Assembly (NCBI GenBank): GCA_963771465.1
Contig: CAVYTU010000008.1
Coordinates: 1 to 64,000 of the forward strand
Length of the DNA: 64,000 bases
Reading direction: 5' to 3'
Origin: an uncultured delta proteobacterium
Lineage (GTDB): Bacteria > Desulfobacterota > Binatia > UBA9968
The notes under the pieces are model-generated. The model ran no database searches, was not told the DNA's origin, and saw nothing but the letters and a program-made list of their open reading frames with translations. Position 1 is the first letter of the stretch. Every line of letters begins with the position of its first letter. Shown here one piece after another: positions 52,593 to 63,213 of the stretch. The translations under genes were made by a program, and so were the position numbers.

Positions 52593-52624
52593 TTCACGAC
52601 GATGTTTTGCCCGAAAATTCAACC

Positions 52625-55600
52625 CTACTTCCCGTGGCAGCGCTTATATTTTTTGCCGCTGCCGCATGGACACAAATCGTTTCGGCCGACCTTATCGCCT
52701 TCACGCTTTTGTGGCGTAGTCGGACGCGCGGCGATGGGATCGTTGCCATGGCTCAATACGACCCTCTGGGGTTGCGGCTGTTCAATTTGAATTTCTTGCG
52801 CGGCAGTTTCGCGGGCCAGCTCAACGGTGAATAATTTTTGCACGACATCCTCTTGGACCCGCTGGTTCATCTCCTCGAACATGTCGTAACCCTCTTTCTG
52901 GTACTCTTGCAGAGGGTTTTTCTGGCCGTAACCGCGCAAACCGATGCCCTCTTTTAAATGGTCCATGTTGAGCAAATGGTCCTTCCACAGGGTATCGATG
53001 GTTTGCAGCAGGATAATCTTTTCGAGTTGGCGCATCATCGGCGCGCCAAATCGGCGCTCCTTGTCCTCGTAAACCGCAACAACCCGCTCAAGCGCGAGAT
53101 CGGACAAGCCTTCCGATCTCATCCCTTCAACTTCGTCGGTCTTGAGTTCCAGGCGCAGGTTAAATCGATGGTGGAATGCTTCGTTTAAGCCCGTTAAGTC
53201 CCAGTCGCTTGGATGAAGATCTTTGTCCACGTAACGCGCGACGATTTCCTCGCCAAGCTCCGCGGCCATATCGAGAACCGCTTCTTTCATACCCTCGCCC
53301 TTGAGAAATTCGCGCCGCTTGCTGTAAATCACTTCGCGCTGCTTGTTGAGCACATCGTCATATTCCAGCAAGTGTTTACGGATATCAAAGTTGTGGCCTT
53401 CGACCTTCTTTTGGGCATTCTCGATCGCCCGGGTCACCAGGCCGTGCTCGATCGGCTCGCCCTCTTCCATACCGAGCCGGCCCATGATGCCTTGGATACG
53501 GTCGGCACCGAAGATGCGCATCAAATCGTCTTCAAGGGAAAGATAGAAGCGCGATGAGCCGGGATCTCCCTGCCGTCCGGCCCGGCCGCGCAGCTGGTTA
53601 TCGATGCGCCGGCTTTCATGCCGTTCGGTGCCAAGAATATGGAGCCCGCCGGCGCCAACTACTTTGTGCTTCTCCTCAGCACACACACTGGTGTAATTCG
53701 CCAGAATTTCATCGAAGCGCTGGCGATACTCGTCCGGCGCCTTGTCCAATTGCTCGCGAATATCCTCGACCATGCGCAGATACTCTTGGCGTTTGGTTTC
53801 GTAGTTCTGCTGTGCCTGCTGAATCGCCTCCTCGTAGGGCTCGCGCACCGCTTCACAACGCACCTCGGCTTCCTCGAAGGCCCGATGAGCTTCAGCGAAT
53901 TCGCGCACCATTGGAGCATGCTCGCCGGTCGCCAGCACATCGAGAGCACTGGTAAACTCCAGGTCAATCAATCGTTGTTCATAGGAACGGCGCTTTTCGT
54001 CGAGGGCTTCCATCAGAACTTCGCGCTCGCCGCGCTGCTGTTGCCAGAGATCCAAAGTCGCGCTGAAATCTTCTTTCGCCTCGGTAAAATCAGCGGTCGC
54101 TGCCGCGCTGCTGCCGTTTTGCGCTCCCAGCACCGCCGTTTCAAACGCCTCTTTGGCGCGCAGGTAGCCCTCAGGGATTGGCCGCATATTGTGCAATGCT
54201 TCGATCAGCTCCGTGGCCGATAGATCTTCGTAACGCTCGCGCGCTTCGCGAAATGGCGAGATGCCGCGAATCTCTTTTTGCAATTCCGTGGTCCGTTTGA
54301 GCGCTTCGCCGCGTTGCTGATCGAAAGCCTCGCCCTCTTTATGCAACTTTTTTTCGGCGCGTTGAACTTCTTCGTCGTACTTCTCGCGCAACTCGCGCAG
54401 AGAATCTTCGTAGCGCGCCGCACCCTGAGTCGGCAGTTTCGAGGCCCGGTTGATCCACTCGTTTTCCATATCCGAGCGGGCCAGGAATTCCGGATTGCCG
54501 CCGAGCAAAATATCCGTGCCGCGGCCGGCCATGTTCGTCGCGATGGTCACGGCGTTGAATCGGCCCGCCTGAGCGATGATGCTCGCTTCGGCTTCGTGAT
54601 TGACCGCGTTCAAAACATTATGCTTCACACCCTGCTTCTTGAGCATGCGCGAGAGCTTCTCGGACTTGGCCACGGAGGTCGTGCCGACCAGAATCGGCTG
54701 GCCCTTTTTGCTGCGCTCCTCGATCTCCTGCACCACCGCCTCATATTTTTCGTTGTCGGTGCGGTAGACCACATCGGCGTTATCATCGCGCACCATTTCA
54801 CGATGGGTTGGGATCACGGTAACATCGAGCTTGTAGATTTTCTTAAACTCCGGCGCCTCGGTGTCGGCGGTGCCGGTCATGCCCGCCAACTTCTTATACA
54901 TGCGGAAATAGTTTTGAATCGTGATCGTCGCCAGAGTCTGGTTTTCCTCGCGAATATGCACGCGTTCCTTCGCCTCCACCGCTTGGTGCAAGCCGTCGGA
55001 CCAACGCCGCCCGGCCATCAAGCGGCCGGTGAACTCATCGACGATGATCACCTCGCCTTCCTTGACGACGTAGTCGACGTCGCGCTTGAAAATCGCGTGC
55101 GCTTTGAGCGCCTGCTGGACATGGTGCAAGGTGTCGATCTGACGCGGATCGTAGAGATTGTGGACACCGAGCAAACGCTCGACTTTGGCCACGCCGCCTT
55201 CGGTGAGTGTTACCGAGCGGCTCTTTTCGTCCACAGTATAATCGCCCTTGGCATCGATGGCGGCGCGGTCTTCCTGTGACGGATCGCCTTGAATCACCGC
55301 GCCGCGCTGAAGCTTGGGAATAATCCGGTCAATATTGTAATACTTGTCGGTGGATTCCTCCGCCGGCCCGGAGATAATCAGCGGCGTGCGCGCTTCGTCG
55401 ATCAGGATATTGTCGACTTCGTCGACCACGGCATAATTCAATTCGCGCTGGACGTATTCTTCCAGGGAGAATTTCATGTTGTCGCGCAGGTAATCGAAGC
55501 CAAACTCGTTGTTGGTGCCGTAGGTAATATCGGCGAGATAAGCTTCCTGGCGCGTGATCGGACGGAGATTCAAAAAGCGGTAATCCTTGGTTAGATAGGT

Positions 55601-56224
55601 CGGATCGAATAGAAAACTGGTCTCATGCACGATCGACGCCGTGCGCAGACCCAGCTTGTGAAAGATCGGACCCATCCATTGCACGTCGCGGCGCGCCAGA
55701 TAGTCGTTGACGGTGATCAGGTGCACGCCGCGCCCGGTGAGCGCGTTGAGATAAAGCGCTAGAGTCGCCACCAGCGTCTTGCCCTCGCCGGTTTTCATCT
55801 CGGCGATCTTGCCTTCGTGCAGCACCGCGCCGCCGATCATCTGCACGTCGAAATGGCGGAGCCCGATGGTGCGCCGCGACGCTTCGCGCACCGCCGCGAA
55901 CGCTTCGGGCAGCAGCTCTTGCAAAATCTCCGCCTCGACCTCGCGTATCTGCTTGTCTAACTCGTCGCTCTCAGTTTTGATCTCCTCGCGCCGCTCGCCG
56001 TCCGCCGTCGCCGCTTCTTCGAGCAGGTCGGCGAGTTCTTTTTGCAAAGGCGCGGTCGCTTCGACGATGCGCTGTTTAAATTGCTCGGTCTTGGCGCGCA
56101 GCTGGTCGTCGGTCAGACTTTTGAACTCGTCTTCGAATTTATTGATCTCGTCGACGTAAGGGCGAATGCGCTTGATCTCACGGTCATTCTTGGTGCCGAC
56201 GATCTTCTTGATAAAACTTAGCAT
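52625..56224 (-). CDS. secA: Preprotein translocase ATPase SecA (1199 aa, with a large insertion)
   Basis: [61 protein letters not shown] motif [13 protein letters not shown]. Confidence 0.98.
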   Translation of the reverse strand: MLSFIKKIVGTKNDREIKRIRPYVDEINKFEDEFKSLTDDQLRAKTEQFKQRIVEATAPLQKELADLLEEAATADGERREEIKTESDELDKQIREVEAEILQELLPEAFAAVREASRRTIGLRHFDVQMIGGAVLHEGKIAEMKTGEGKTLVATLALYLNALTGRGVHLITVNDYLARRDVQWMGPIFHKLGLRTASIVHETSFLFDPTYLTKDYRFLNLRPITRQEAYLADITYGTNNEFGFDYLRDNMKFSLEEYVQRELNYAVVDEVDNILIDEARTPLIISGPAEESTDKYYNIDRIIPKLQRGAVIQGDPSQEDRAAIDAKGDYTVDEKSRSVTLTEGGVAKVERLLGVHNLYDPRQIDTLHHVQQALKAHAIFKRDVDYVVKEGEVIIVDEFTGRLMAGRRWSDGLHQAVEAKERVHIREENQTLATITIQNYFRMYKKLAGMTGTADTEAPEFKKIYKLDVTVIPTHREMVRDDNADVVYRTDNEKYEAVVQEIEERSKKGQPILVGTTSVAKSEKLSRMLKKQGVKHNVLNAVNHEAEASIIAQAGRFNAVTIATNMAGRGTDILLGGNPEFLARSDMENEWINRASKLPTQGAARYEDSLRELREKYDEEVQRAEKKLHKEGEAFDQQRGEALKRTTELQKEIRGISPFREARERYEDLSATELIEALHNMRPIPEGYLRAKEAFETAVLGAQNGSSAAATADFTEAKEDFSATLDLWQQQRGEREVLMEALDEKRRSYEQRLIDLEFTSALDVLATGEHAPMVREFAEAHRAFEEAEVRCEAVREPYEEAIQQAQQNYETKRQEYLRMVEDIREQLDKAPDEYRQRFDEILANYTSVCAEEKHKVVGAGGLHILGTERHESRRIDNQLRGRAGRQGDPGSSRFYLSLEDDLMRIFGADRIQGIMGRLGMEEGEPIEHGLVTRAIENAQKKVEGHNFDIRKHLLEYDDVLNKQREVIYSKRREFLKGEGMKEAVLDMAAELGEEIVARYVDKDLHPSDWDLTGLNEAFHHRFNLRLELKTDEVEGMRSEGLSDLALERVVAVYEDKERRFGAPMMRQLEKIILLQTIDTLWKDHLLNMDHLKEGIGLRGYGQKNPLQEYQKEGYDMFEEMNQRVQEDVVQKLFTVELARETAAQEIQIEQPQPQRVVLSHGNDPIAARPTTPQKREGDKVGRNDLCPCGSGKKYKRCHGK

Positions 56225-56345
56225 GCGATGAATTCTCTCCCTGCTTAGGTCGAGGCGAGGCGCTACTCACGGCCGTAAACTATCAGCAAAATACACGATT
56301 TTGGCCGCAACTTAAAGCCATGACCGTTTCCGGCAACCCTCCTGC

Positions 56346-57149
56346 TCAACGCTCGATGCGCACCGCCGATTCAACTTTTTCGCCAAGAAAGCGCCGACCG
56401 ACTTTGATGAAACGATCCGGTGCGTCGGTGACAAAAAAGCTGTGAGCGCCTTTACCGGTTTTGCGTGCCAGCGATGGCTTTTCTAAGCGCCAATTCCACT
56501 TCTTTGGCGGTTTCCTCAGCGGAGTCGACCAAGCCGAACCGTGTTGCCCAAATATTTCCGAATCGCTTTCTTGAGCAGCGGATAGTGCGTGCAGCCGAGA
56601 ATCAGCGTATCGATGCCGCTTTGCTTGAAACTGCCAAGATACGCCTTGACCGTCATTTCGACGACCGCATTGTCGGTCCAACCTTCTTCAACCAGCGGTA
56701 CCAACAGCGGGCAAGCGCGGCTGTAAACTTCGATGGCCGAATCCGCCGCCTTGAGCGCGCGCGTATAAGCGCCGCTTTGGATCGTCGCTTCGGTGCCGAT
56801 GACACCGACGCGTCTTATTTTTGGTGCTCTTGGCCGCTCGCCTGACGCCGGGCTCGATCACGCCGACCACCGGAATCGTCAACTGCTCCTGCAAGCGGCT
56901 CAGCGCGATGGCCGTCGACGTGTTGCACGCGACGACGACAATCTTGACGCCCTTGTCGACGAGAAACTGGCTATTTTCAAATGAGTAGCGCAGCACCGTC
57001 TCCACCGACTTGGTGCCGTACGGCGCGCGCGCCGTGTCGCCCAGGTAGACGGTATTTTCCTTCGGCAGCGTCTCGATGATTTGATGCAAGACTGTCAAGC
57101 CGCCGATGCCGGAGTCGAAGACGCCGATGGCGCTGTCTTTGCCGGTCAT
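56346..57149 (-). CDS. murI: Glutamate racemase, split by frameshifts
   Basis: IGVFDSGIGGLTV, GDTARAPYG, VACNTS, CP.LVPLVE.G, LILGCTHYPLL, FFVTDAP..F. Confidence 0.92.
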
Positions 57150-58255
57150 AGCCAAGCGGACTCGGCGCTCGGCGCCATTTCATTGCCGAGTTCTTTTTCA
57201 CATGCGGGAGCATAGCCGAACACCTGTTGCCACACTTCTTTGGATTCCATGCAGAGATAAATCTTCACGGTCGGCGCGGCGCGGCGAATCCAGCCGACCA
57301 TCTTGCGATACATCTCGACGCGCAACGGCTGGAAATAGCGCAGCTTGCCGTCCGGGCAAAGCACCTGCTCGCCGGTCAAGAGCTGAGTCCGGGGGAATCG
57401 CTCGCGCATCGTGCGCTTCAAGCCCGGCGTAGTGCGCAGCACGCCCAAACTCAGCCAAGACAAACGCTGCCAATCGATGGTCGCAAACAATTCCTCGATC
57501 ATCGCTTGATAGTCCTTCTCCCAGCCGGGATATTCGATCATCGGGTCAAAGTGAAAGCCCAATCTATAGCCGGCGGCTTGGCAGCGCCGCGCCGCGTTCA
57601 GCCGCTCGTTGAATGAAGCGGTGTCGGCCTCGTCCCAGTCGATTACCCGCTGCGGATTCATCGACCAGGCGACCACGATCCGTCCTTTAGGATCGAAATC
57701 GAGCAGGCTATCGACGCAGTCGCTCTTGGTTTTAAGCTCGAGCAAAACATTCGGCTGTTCGACGAAATAAGGCATCAGCGCGCCGACCATGCCGGTCAGC
57801 GGCTCCAGCGCCAAGCTGTCGGTGATTTCGCCGGTGCCGACGCGAAAAAACATGTTGCGATGTTTTCTTAATACATGATCCGCTTCATCGATGAGGTCGC
57901 CGACGTTACTGAACACGGTGAGATCTGAATTGTCCGCCAGATACTCCTGCAAGTAACAGTAACTGCAATCCATCGGGCAGTTGCTGGCGAAGTTGATGAC
58001 GAAATAGTTGCAGCACACCTGGCCGTCGCTGCCCGGACATTTCTTGAAGAACTCGCCTTTGTGTTTGGCTAGATAAAGTTTCCTTTTCGCCGTCCCAAAG
58101 CGATCCATCGTCGATGATGGATCGCCATTGCGCCGCGCAACTTCATCGACGAACCTGAACGGAACATTCGGCAAATTGTGGCGCAAGTTGCGGTAGATCG
58201 GGCTGGCTTCCGAACCTTGCTCGACGACCACTTCCTCGGGTTGAAAAGGTTTCAT
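57146..58255 (-). CDS. Spore-photoproduct-lyase-like radical SAM protein
   Basis: CPG....CCNY, NCPMDCSYCYLQ (CxxxCxxC), GTGEITDSLALE, ELKTKS, GFHFDP, DGKLRY, YLCME. Confidence 0.88.
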   Translation of the reverse strand: MKPFQPEEVVVEQGSEASPIYRNLRHNLPNVPFRFVDEVARRNGDPSSTMDRFGTAKRKLYLAKHKGEFFKKCPGSDGQVCCNYFVINFASNCPMDCSYCYLQEYLADNSDLTVFSNVGDLIDEADHVLRKHRNMFFRVGTGEITDSLALEPLTGMVGALMPYFVEQPNVLLELKTKSDCVDSLLDFDPKGRIVVAWSMNPQRVIDWDEADTASFNERLNAARRCQAAGYRLGFHFDPMIEYPGWEKDYQAMIEELFATIDWQRLSWLSLGVLRTTPGLKRTMRERFPRTQLLTGEQVLCPDGKLRYFQPLRVEMYRKMVGWIRRAAPTVKIYLCMESKEVWQQVFGYAPACEKELGNEMAPSAESAWL

Positions 58256-58259
58256 CGGT

Positions 58260-58799
58260 TTACTTACTTGAATGGCCGGCCAAAAGATCGAATATTTCCG
58301 GCATGCTAGCCTTGTCCGTCGCCTCGGTCAATTTGCTCGCGAGCTGTTTAAGCTCGGCATGGTTCGCCACTGAAAACTCGACCCGTAGTTGGCCGCCTTC
58401 CAATCCCGGCGGCACGCTCATTCGAATCTCGGGGTGAAGCTTCAACTCCTGAATTTTCGCGCGAATCGAATCTTCGGTCTCAGCCAACCTGGGAAACCTG
58501 AGCCGGCGAATCTGCTCTTTGATCCGCTTGAGCCGGTCAGCGCGGCCGAGGCGCGGATCGGTTGCGCTGTCATCGATCGCCTTACTAGTTAAGATCGCGT
58601 GAATACTCTGCCCATCGCGGAGCGAAATTTCTTCGAGCCAATCCATCAGATCGCGCAGGTGATTCTCGCTGACCTTGAGGGTGCAAGCGAGCCGCGCCAG
58701 TGCGTCCGCATCATCAGGCTGCCAGTTAAGCCAGCGCTCCAGCGTCTGCGGGTGAAAGCCTTTCGTCGTCGAGTAGTCGCGGATTTCCTTCTCCGACAT
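58260..58799 (-). CDS. Hypothetical helical protein (179 aa)
   Basis: Own AGGAG RBS and ATG (MSEKEIRDY...). Appears fused to the GT2 only in the ORF track. Confidence 0.7.
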   Translation of the reverse strand: MSEKEIRDYSTTKGFHPQTLERWLNWQPDDADALARLACTLKVSENHLRDLMDWLEEISLRDGQSIHAILTSKAIDDSATDPRLGRADRLKRIKEQIRRLRFPRLAETEDSIRAKIQELKLHPEIRMSVPPGLEGGQLRVEFSVANHAELKQLASKLTEATDKASMPEIFDLLAGHSSK

Positions 58800-59658
58800 G
58801 TTGCTCCTGCGTAAACTCCGCCACGATATCTTCGTAAGCCTGGCGTCACGCGTTTTGCCACGTTTGCGCGCGCCCGATGCTAAAACCTCAACTTTGCGCC
58901 GCAGAGCGGCAATCGCCGCCTCTCGCCGGCTGCCGTCAAGCCCCGAACGCAAAAGTTTTTGCAACGCCAACACGCGGTAACGATCCATGCCCCAAAGCGA
59001 GCGAGACAGTTGATTGGCGTGGCCGCCGCGCTTGGTCACCAGCGCGTCATCGATCAAGGCAACGGAATGATTGAGCGCGATACGCAGCCAAAGGTCGTAG
59101 TCTTCGCACACCGGCAAACTCTCGTCGAAGCCGCCGACTCGTTCAAACAATTCACGGGTCAGCATCACCGCCGACGGACTCACCAGGCAAAGTTCCAAGC
59201 TCGCAATGAAAATATCCCCCGATGGTTTGCGATGTTTAGCTTTTGGATTGACCCTGACGCCGTCACGAATCCAAGTTTCTTCAGTCTGGCAAATGCGCAC
59301 GCTCGGATGCTGCTCCATGAAGGCAACTTGGATCGCCAGCTTATTCGGCAGCCAGAGATCGTCCGAATCGAGAAACGCTAAATAGCATCCGCGCGCATGG
59401 CGAACTGCTAAATTGCGCGCCGCCGAGACCCCCCGATTAGGCTGTTTCAAGATCACGCAGCCTGGAGCCGAATTGGGCTAGCTGCTCAGCCGTGTCATCG
59501 GTCGAGCCGTCATCAACCACGATGAGCTCGAAGTCGCCGTAGCTCTGTACCAACACCGACTCGATGGCTGCACCGACCAGCGGCCAGCGGTTAAATGTGG
59601 GAATGATGACGCTTACGGTTGGCGACACAGGATGGCTCGAACTGCGCATGGCGCTCAA
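58726..59658 (-). CDS. GT2 glycosyltransferase, frameshifted; 3' end approximate
   Basis: VSVIIPTFNR, VVDDGSTD / NRGVSAARN, FLDSDDLW, CQTEETWIR.G.RVNP, VCEDYDLWLR, GGH..QLS. Confidence 0.85.
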
Positions 59659-59675
59659 GCTGACTTGCTAAAGCG

Positions 59676-60107
59676 CTAAACAAACGACTCCACTTTTTTA
59701 AAAAACTGCTCCGCCATCATCTTGGCGACACCGTTCAGCATGCGCTGGCCGACGCTGGCGATCAGGCCGCCGATCTTGGGGTCGGTGCTGTATTTGAGCA
59801 CCGTCTGACCATTGCTCTCTTCAAGATCGATCGCCACGTCCCCCTGCATGAAGCCGGGGCCGCCCGAGCCTTCGCCGCTCAACACGTAATGCGTCGGCGC
59901 CTGTTTGTCTTTGATCGCGACTTTGCCTTTATAAGTTCCCTTGACCGAAGCGACGCCGACTTTCATGACCGTCTCATATCTATCCGGCGCCACTTCATTC
60001 ATGCTCTCACAGCCTGGCATGCACTGGGCCATGATTTTTGGGTCGAGCAAGACCTGCCAAACTCGCTCCCGCGGCGCGTTAAACGTGTAGCTACCTTCGA
60101 TCTTCAA
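59676..60107 (-). CDS. coxG: CoxG/SRPBCC family protein
   Basis: APRERVW..L.DP...CMPGC, GG.IASVGQR.L...AK....QFF. Confidence 0.85.
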   Translation of the reverse strand: MKIEGSYTFNAPRERVWQVLLDPKIMAQCMPGCESMNEVAPDRYETVMKVGVASVKGTYKGKVAIKDKQAPTHYVLSGEGSGGPGFMQGDVAIDLEESNGQTVLKYSTDPKIGGLIASVGQRMLNGVAKMMAEQFFKKVESFV

Positions 60108-60272
60108 CCCAGCTAGCCTCCTATTTCGTCAGGTGAGAATTGGCAAAAACCATAACGTTCATCCGGCGAAAACACAACCAGTCCTGCGAGCGGACCCAGC
60201 CTTGAAGCAAAACCAGATTCGCGGCCGTTTGATTGAATCCCGGCTCGCCCTTGTTTACACTCTAGATGTCTA

Positions 60273-62318
60273 ATGGCCTATCTGCTTTCCTTACTTCTCT
60301 TATTGGCAGCCTGCGCCGGTCTGCCGCGATTTCTCCTCGCCCAGTCTCAGGATTCACGCGAGGAATTCGCTAGAGCCTATCTGCTCTATACCAACGGCAA
60401 GCCCGCTCAGGCCAAAGAGCTATTTCAATCATCCATCGAGAGCGGCTATCGCCTCGCCGACTACAGCCTCTATTACATGGCGCGTCTGGCTCACGACGAA
60501 TCCAATTGGGAGCAATCGCGCAAACACTTGACAGAACTTCGCCGAGGCTTTCCGCACAGCGTGTGGTACCGGCCCGCCGCTTTGCTGCTGGCGAAAGCCG
60601 ACATCGCCGAAAAAAAGTTCGCGCCGGCCGCTCACGCCCTGCGACAGCTCCGTAGCGACAAGTCGGCGCCGCGCGAGATCGCCGATGAAGCGCAGTTTAT
60701 CCAAGCTCAGCTTCACGAAGCGCAAAGCGATGTCGGCCGGGCCTATTCTATGTATCGGGAGTTGCGCAACGGCTCGCCTGGTTCGCGTTGGGCGGCGGCG
60801 GCGCGCAAGGAACAGGCTCGCCTGCGCGGCAAGTTTCCCGACCAGTTCGCGCTGACGACCATCGAAGCCCAAGCCGAGGAAGCCGACCGCTTGGCGCGCG
60901 AGCGCCAAAGCAAAGATGCCGAAGTGCTCTACAAGAAAATACTCGATAACATCTCCGAGCCGGCGCCGCGGCTGCGTTACCTCGCCAAGCTTGCGGAATT
61001 GCATCTTTCAACGGGAAGCCGAAACGAAGCGATGCCGATTCTCGAACAGATCGCGCGCGACTTTCCCGACAGCGCGGAAGCACCGAAAGCGTTGTACCAG
61101 ATCGGGCAAATCTATTGGAATCGCCACGAGAACGGCCGCGCCCTCGACTATTTCAAAACTCTTTTGGAAAAATATCCGGCGGGCGATTTTAGCGACCGGG
61201 CGCTGTTTGCCAGTGCCGATATTCATGAGTATTTCGGCCGTAAGGACGAAGCCATTAGTTTTTACGAAAAGGTGCAGAAGCAATTTTCCAAGAGCCAGGT
61301 GCGCGATGATGCCGCTTGGAGACTTGCTTGGCTTTATTACCGAAGCGGGGAATTGCCGCTGGCTCAATTAGCGTTCCGCTCATTGTTGGCGCAATCCCGA
61401 AACGGCCCATTTGCAACCGCGGCACTTTACTGGCAAGCGCGTATCGCCGAACGTTTAGGCGAAACTGAAATGGCGACGCAATTGCACCGCCAGATCGTCA
61501 ACGGCGGCGAGGAATCCTACTATCAGGTGCTTTCGCTGCGCGGTTTGGAACGGTTAGGCGTGCCCAACGAAGTCGTCAAAACGGCTCAGCCTACACTCGT
61601 TGCGGAACCCGACCCGCCGCTGCGCGCCGAGCTGATGTTTCACCTTTCGCGGTCACGGGAGCTCGCGGCGATATCGCTGCATTCGCTAGCGGTCATCGAG
61701 CTTGATGAAGTGAACCGCCAAAGCAGACCGCAGGATCGTTTGCGTCCGTTGCTCATGCGCGAATATTTTAACAGCCAGGCTTATGGACGAAGTTTAAGTT
61801 TGGCCCAGCAGCTGCCCTTTTCCCAAAGCGAGCGCGATATTTACCGCTATCCGCTGGCGTATTGGGATTTGATCCAGCAGAAAACTCAAGAGCGCGGCCT
61901 CGATCCGCATCTCGTCTTGGCGCTGATCCGCCAGGAAAGTTTGTTCAACGCGCGTGCCCGCTCGCCCGCCGCCGCGCTGGGTTTGATGCAACTGATTCCA
62001 CCCACCGCTGCGCGCGTCGCCAAGCAGATCGGCCTACCCGCGCCGACCCAGGAAAAACTATTCGAGCCGGAACTGAATATCACTCTTGGCACACAGTATC
62101 TGAAAGACCTGATGGAGCGCTATTCGAACAATTGGTTCAAGGCGATCGCCGCCTACAACGCCGGCGAAGCCGCGGTTGACCGCTGGGAGAAAGAAATCTT
62201 GACCGACGATATCGAAGAGTTCGTCGAACGCATCCCCTATCTCGAAACCCGCGGCTATGTGAAGCTCGTGCTGCGCAACCATCGCATCTACAAACGTCTC
62301 TACGAACCGACCCAATGA
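60273..62318 (+). CDS. Soluble lytic transglycosylase with TPR repeats
   Basis: Signal peptide, TPR helices, IRQESLF, ALGLMQL.P.TA, AAYNAG, E.IPY.ETRGYV. Confidence 0.93.
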   Translation: MAYLLSLLLLLAACAGLPRFLLAQSQDSREEFARAYLLYTNGKPAQAKELFQSSIESGYRLADYSLYYMARLAHDESNWEQSRKHLTELRRGFPHSVWYRPAALLLAKADIAEKKFAPAAHALRQLRSDKSAPREIADEAQFIQAQLHEAQSDVGRAYSMYRELRNGSPGSRWAAAARKEQARLRGKFPDQFALTTIEAQAEEADRLARERQSKDAEVLYKKILDNISEPAPRLRYLAKLAELHLSTGSRNEAMPILEQIARDFPDSAEAPKALYQIGQIYWNRHENGRALDYFKTLLEKYPAGDFSDRALFASADIHEYFGRKDEAISFYEKVQKQFSKSQVRDDAAWRLAWLYYRSGELPLAQLAFRSLLAQSRNGPFATAALYWQARIAERLGETEMATQLHRQIVNGGEESYYQVLSLRGLERLGVPNEVVKTAQPTLVAEPDPPLRAELMFHLSRSRELAAISLHSLAVIELDEVNRQSRPQDRLRPLLMREYFNSQAYGRSLSLAQQLPFSQSERDIYRYPLAYWDLIQQKTQERGLDPHLVLALIRQESLFNARARSPAAALGLMQLIPPTAARVAKQIGLPAPTQEKLFEPELNITLGTQYLKDLMERYSNNWFKAIAAYNAGEAAVDRWEKEILTDDIEEFVERIPYLETRGYVKLVLRNHRIYKRLYEPTQ

Positions 62319-63052
62319 GCAACAGGTACTCGCCCGTAATCGGCATCACCGCCGACTTCGCCGAAGGCAATGCCCAGAAAAAAAGCGAGGCAACGTTATT
62401 TCTCGCCCAACGGTATTACCGCGCTGTCGAACAAGCCGGCGCGACACCGCTAATTTTACCGCCATTGAGCTCCAGTCCGGCAATCCGCCGCGCGCTAGAA
62501 TTGCTCGATGGCCTGATCATCAGTGGCGGCGGCTTCGATATCCATCCAAGCTATTATGGCGAGAAGCCGATCCATGAGCTCGGCCTCGTCAAAGCCGAGC
62601 GCACCGAATTCGAGCTCGACATCGCCCTGGCGGCGTTAAAAAAAGATTTACCTGTGCTCGGCATCTGCGGCGGTGAGCAAGCGCTCAACGTCGTGCTCGG
62701 TGGCTCGCTTTACCAAGACATCGCCGTGCAAGTGCCCACTGCGGGGGAACACCAACAAAGCAAAAACAAGACTGAAGGCGGGCATCGAGTGACGATTTCC
62801 GACGGAACGCGACTGCGCGCCATCGTTGGTCGATCGAGCCTTGAGGTCAACACCACGCATCATCAAGCGGTCAAACAGCTCGGCAAGGGTTTGATCGCCG
62901 ACGCCATCGCGGACGACGGGTTAATCGAAGGGATCGAAGCCACGCACCACCGTTTTGTGATCGGCGTGCAGTGGCACCCCGAAGTTTTGGCGCCACGACG
63001 CCGAGCCCACCGGCGCATCTTCGACGCCTTCGTCACGGCCTGCAGATCATAG
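62315..63052 (+). CDS. Peptidase C26 / gamma-glutamyl-gamma-aminobutyrate hydrolase family
   Basis: P.IGIT, DGL..SGG..DI.P, LGICGG.Q.LNV..GG.L.QD, VNT.HHQAV, GVQWHPE. Confidence 0.9.
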   Translation: MSNRYSPVIGITADFAEGNAQKKSEATLFLAQRYYRAVEQAGATPLILPPLSSSPAIRRALELLDGLIISGGGFDIHPSYYGEKPIHELGLVKAERTEFELDIALAALKKDLPVLGICGGEQALNVVLGGSLYQDIAVQVPTAGEHQQSKNKTEGGHRVTISDGTRLRAIVGRSSLEVNTTHHQAVKQLGKGLIADAIADDGLIEGIEATHHRFVIGVQWHPEVLAPRRRAHRRIFDAFVTACRS

Positions 63053-63213
63053 AAGAATTTCCTTTTTCGCCCGACGATCACGAAGACCGGAGCATAGTTC
63101 ATTACTTCGTGTCTTCGTCGTGAATGCGACCTTTTCCCCGAATTACCGCTGGTTGAAATATTGCCCCAGCTGGGGCAAACAGGAGAACAATCCTTAGCAC
63201 AAGGAGTTCAGTC

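Noticed and set aside
53663-54473. SecA insertion as an intein or mobile element
   Set aside because: No C-terminal His-Asn followed by Cys/Ser/Thr, no LAGLIDADG motifs, and the composition is coiled-coil-like.
54278-55279. Long antisense ORFs (also 51452..52291, 45107..45739, 25859..26488, 63208..63936)
   Set aside because: Shadows of codon-biased genes on the opposite strand, with no recognisable motifs.
58260-59456. GT2 fused to a novel C-terminal domain (398 aa)
   Set aside because: An internal RBS and ATG at 58799 and an off-frame-looking junction indicate two genes joined by a frameshift.
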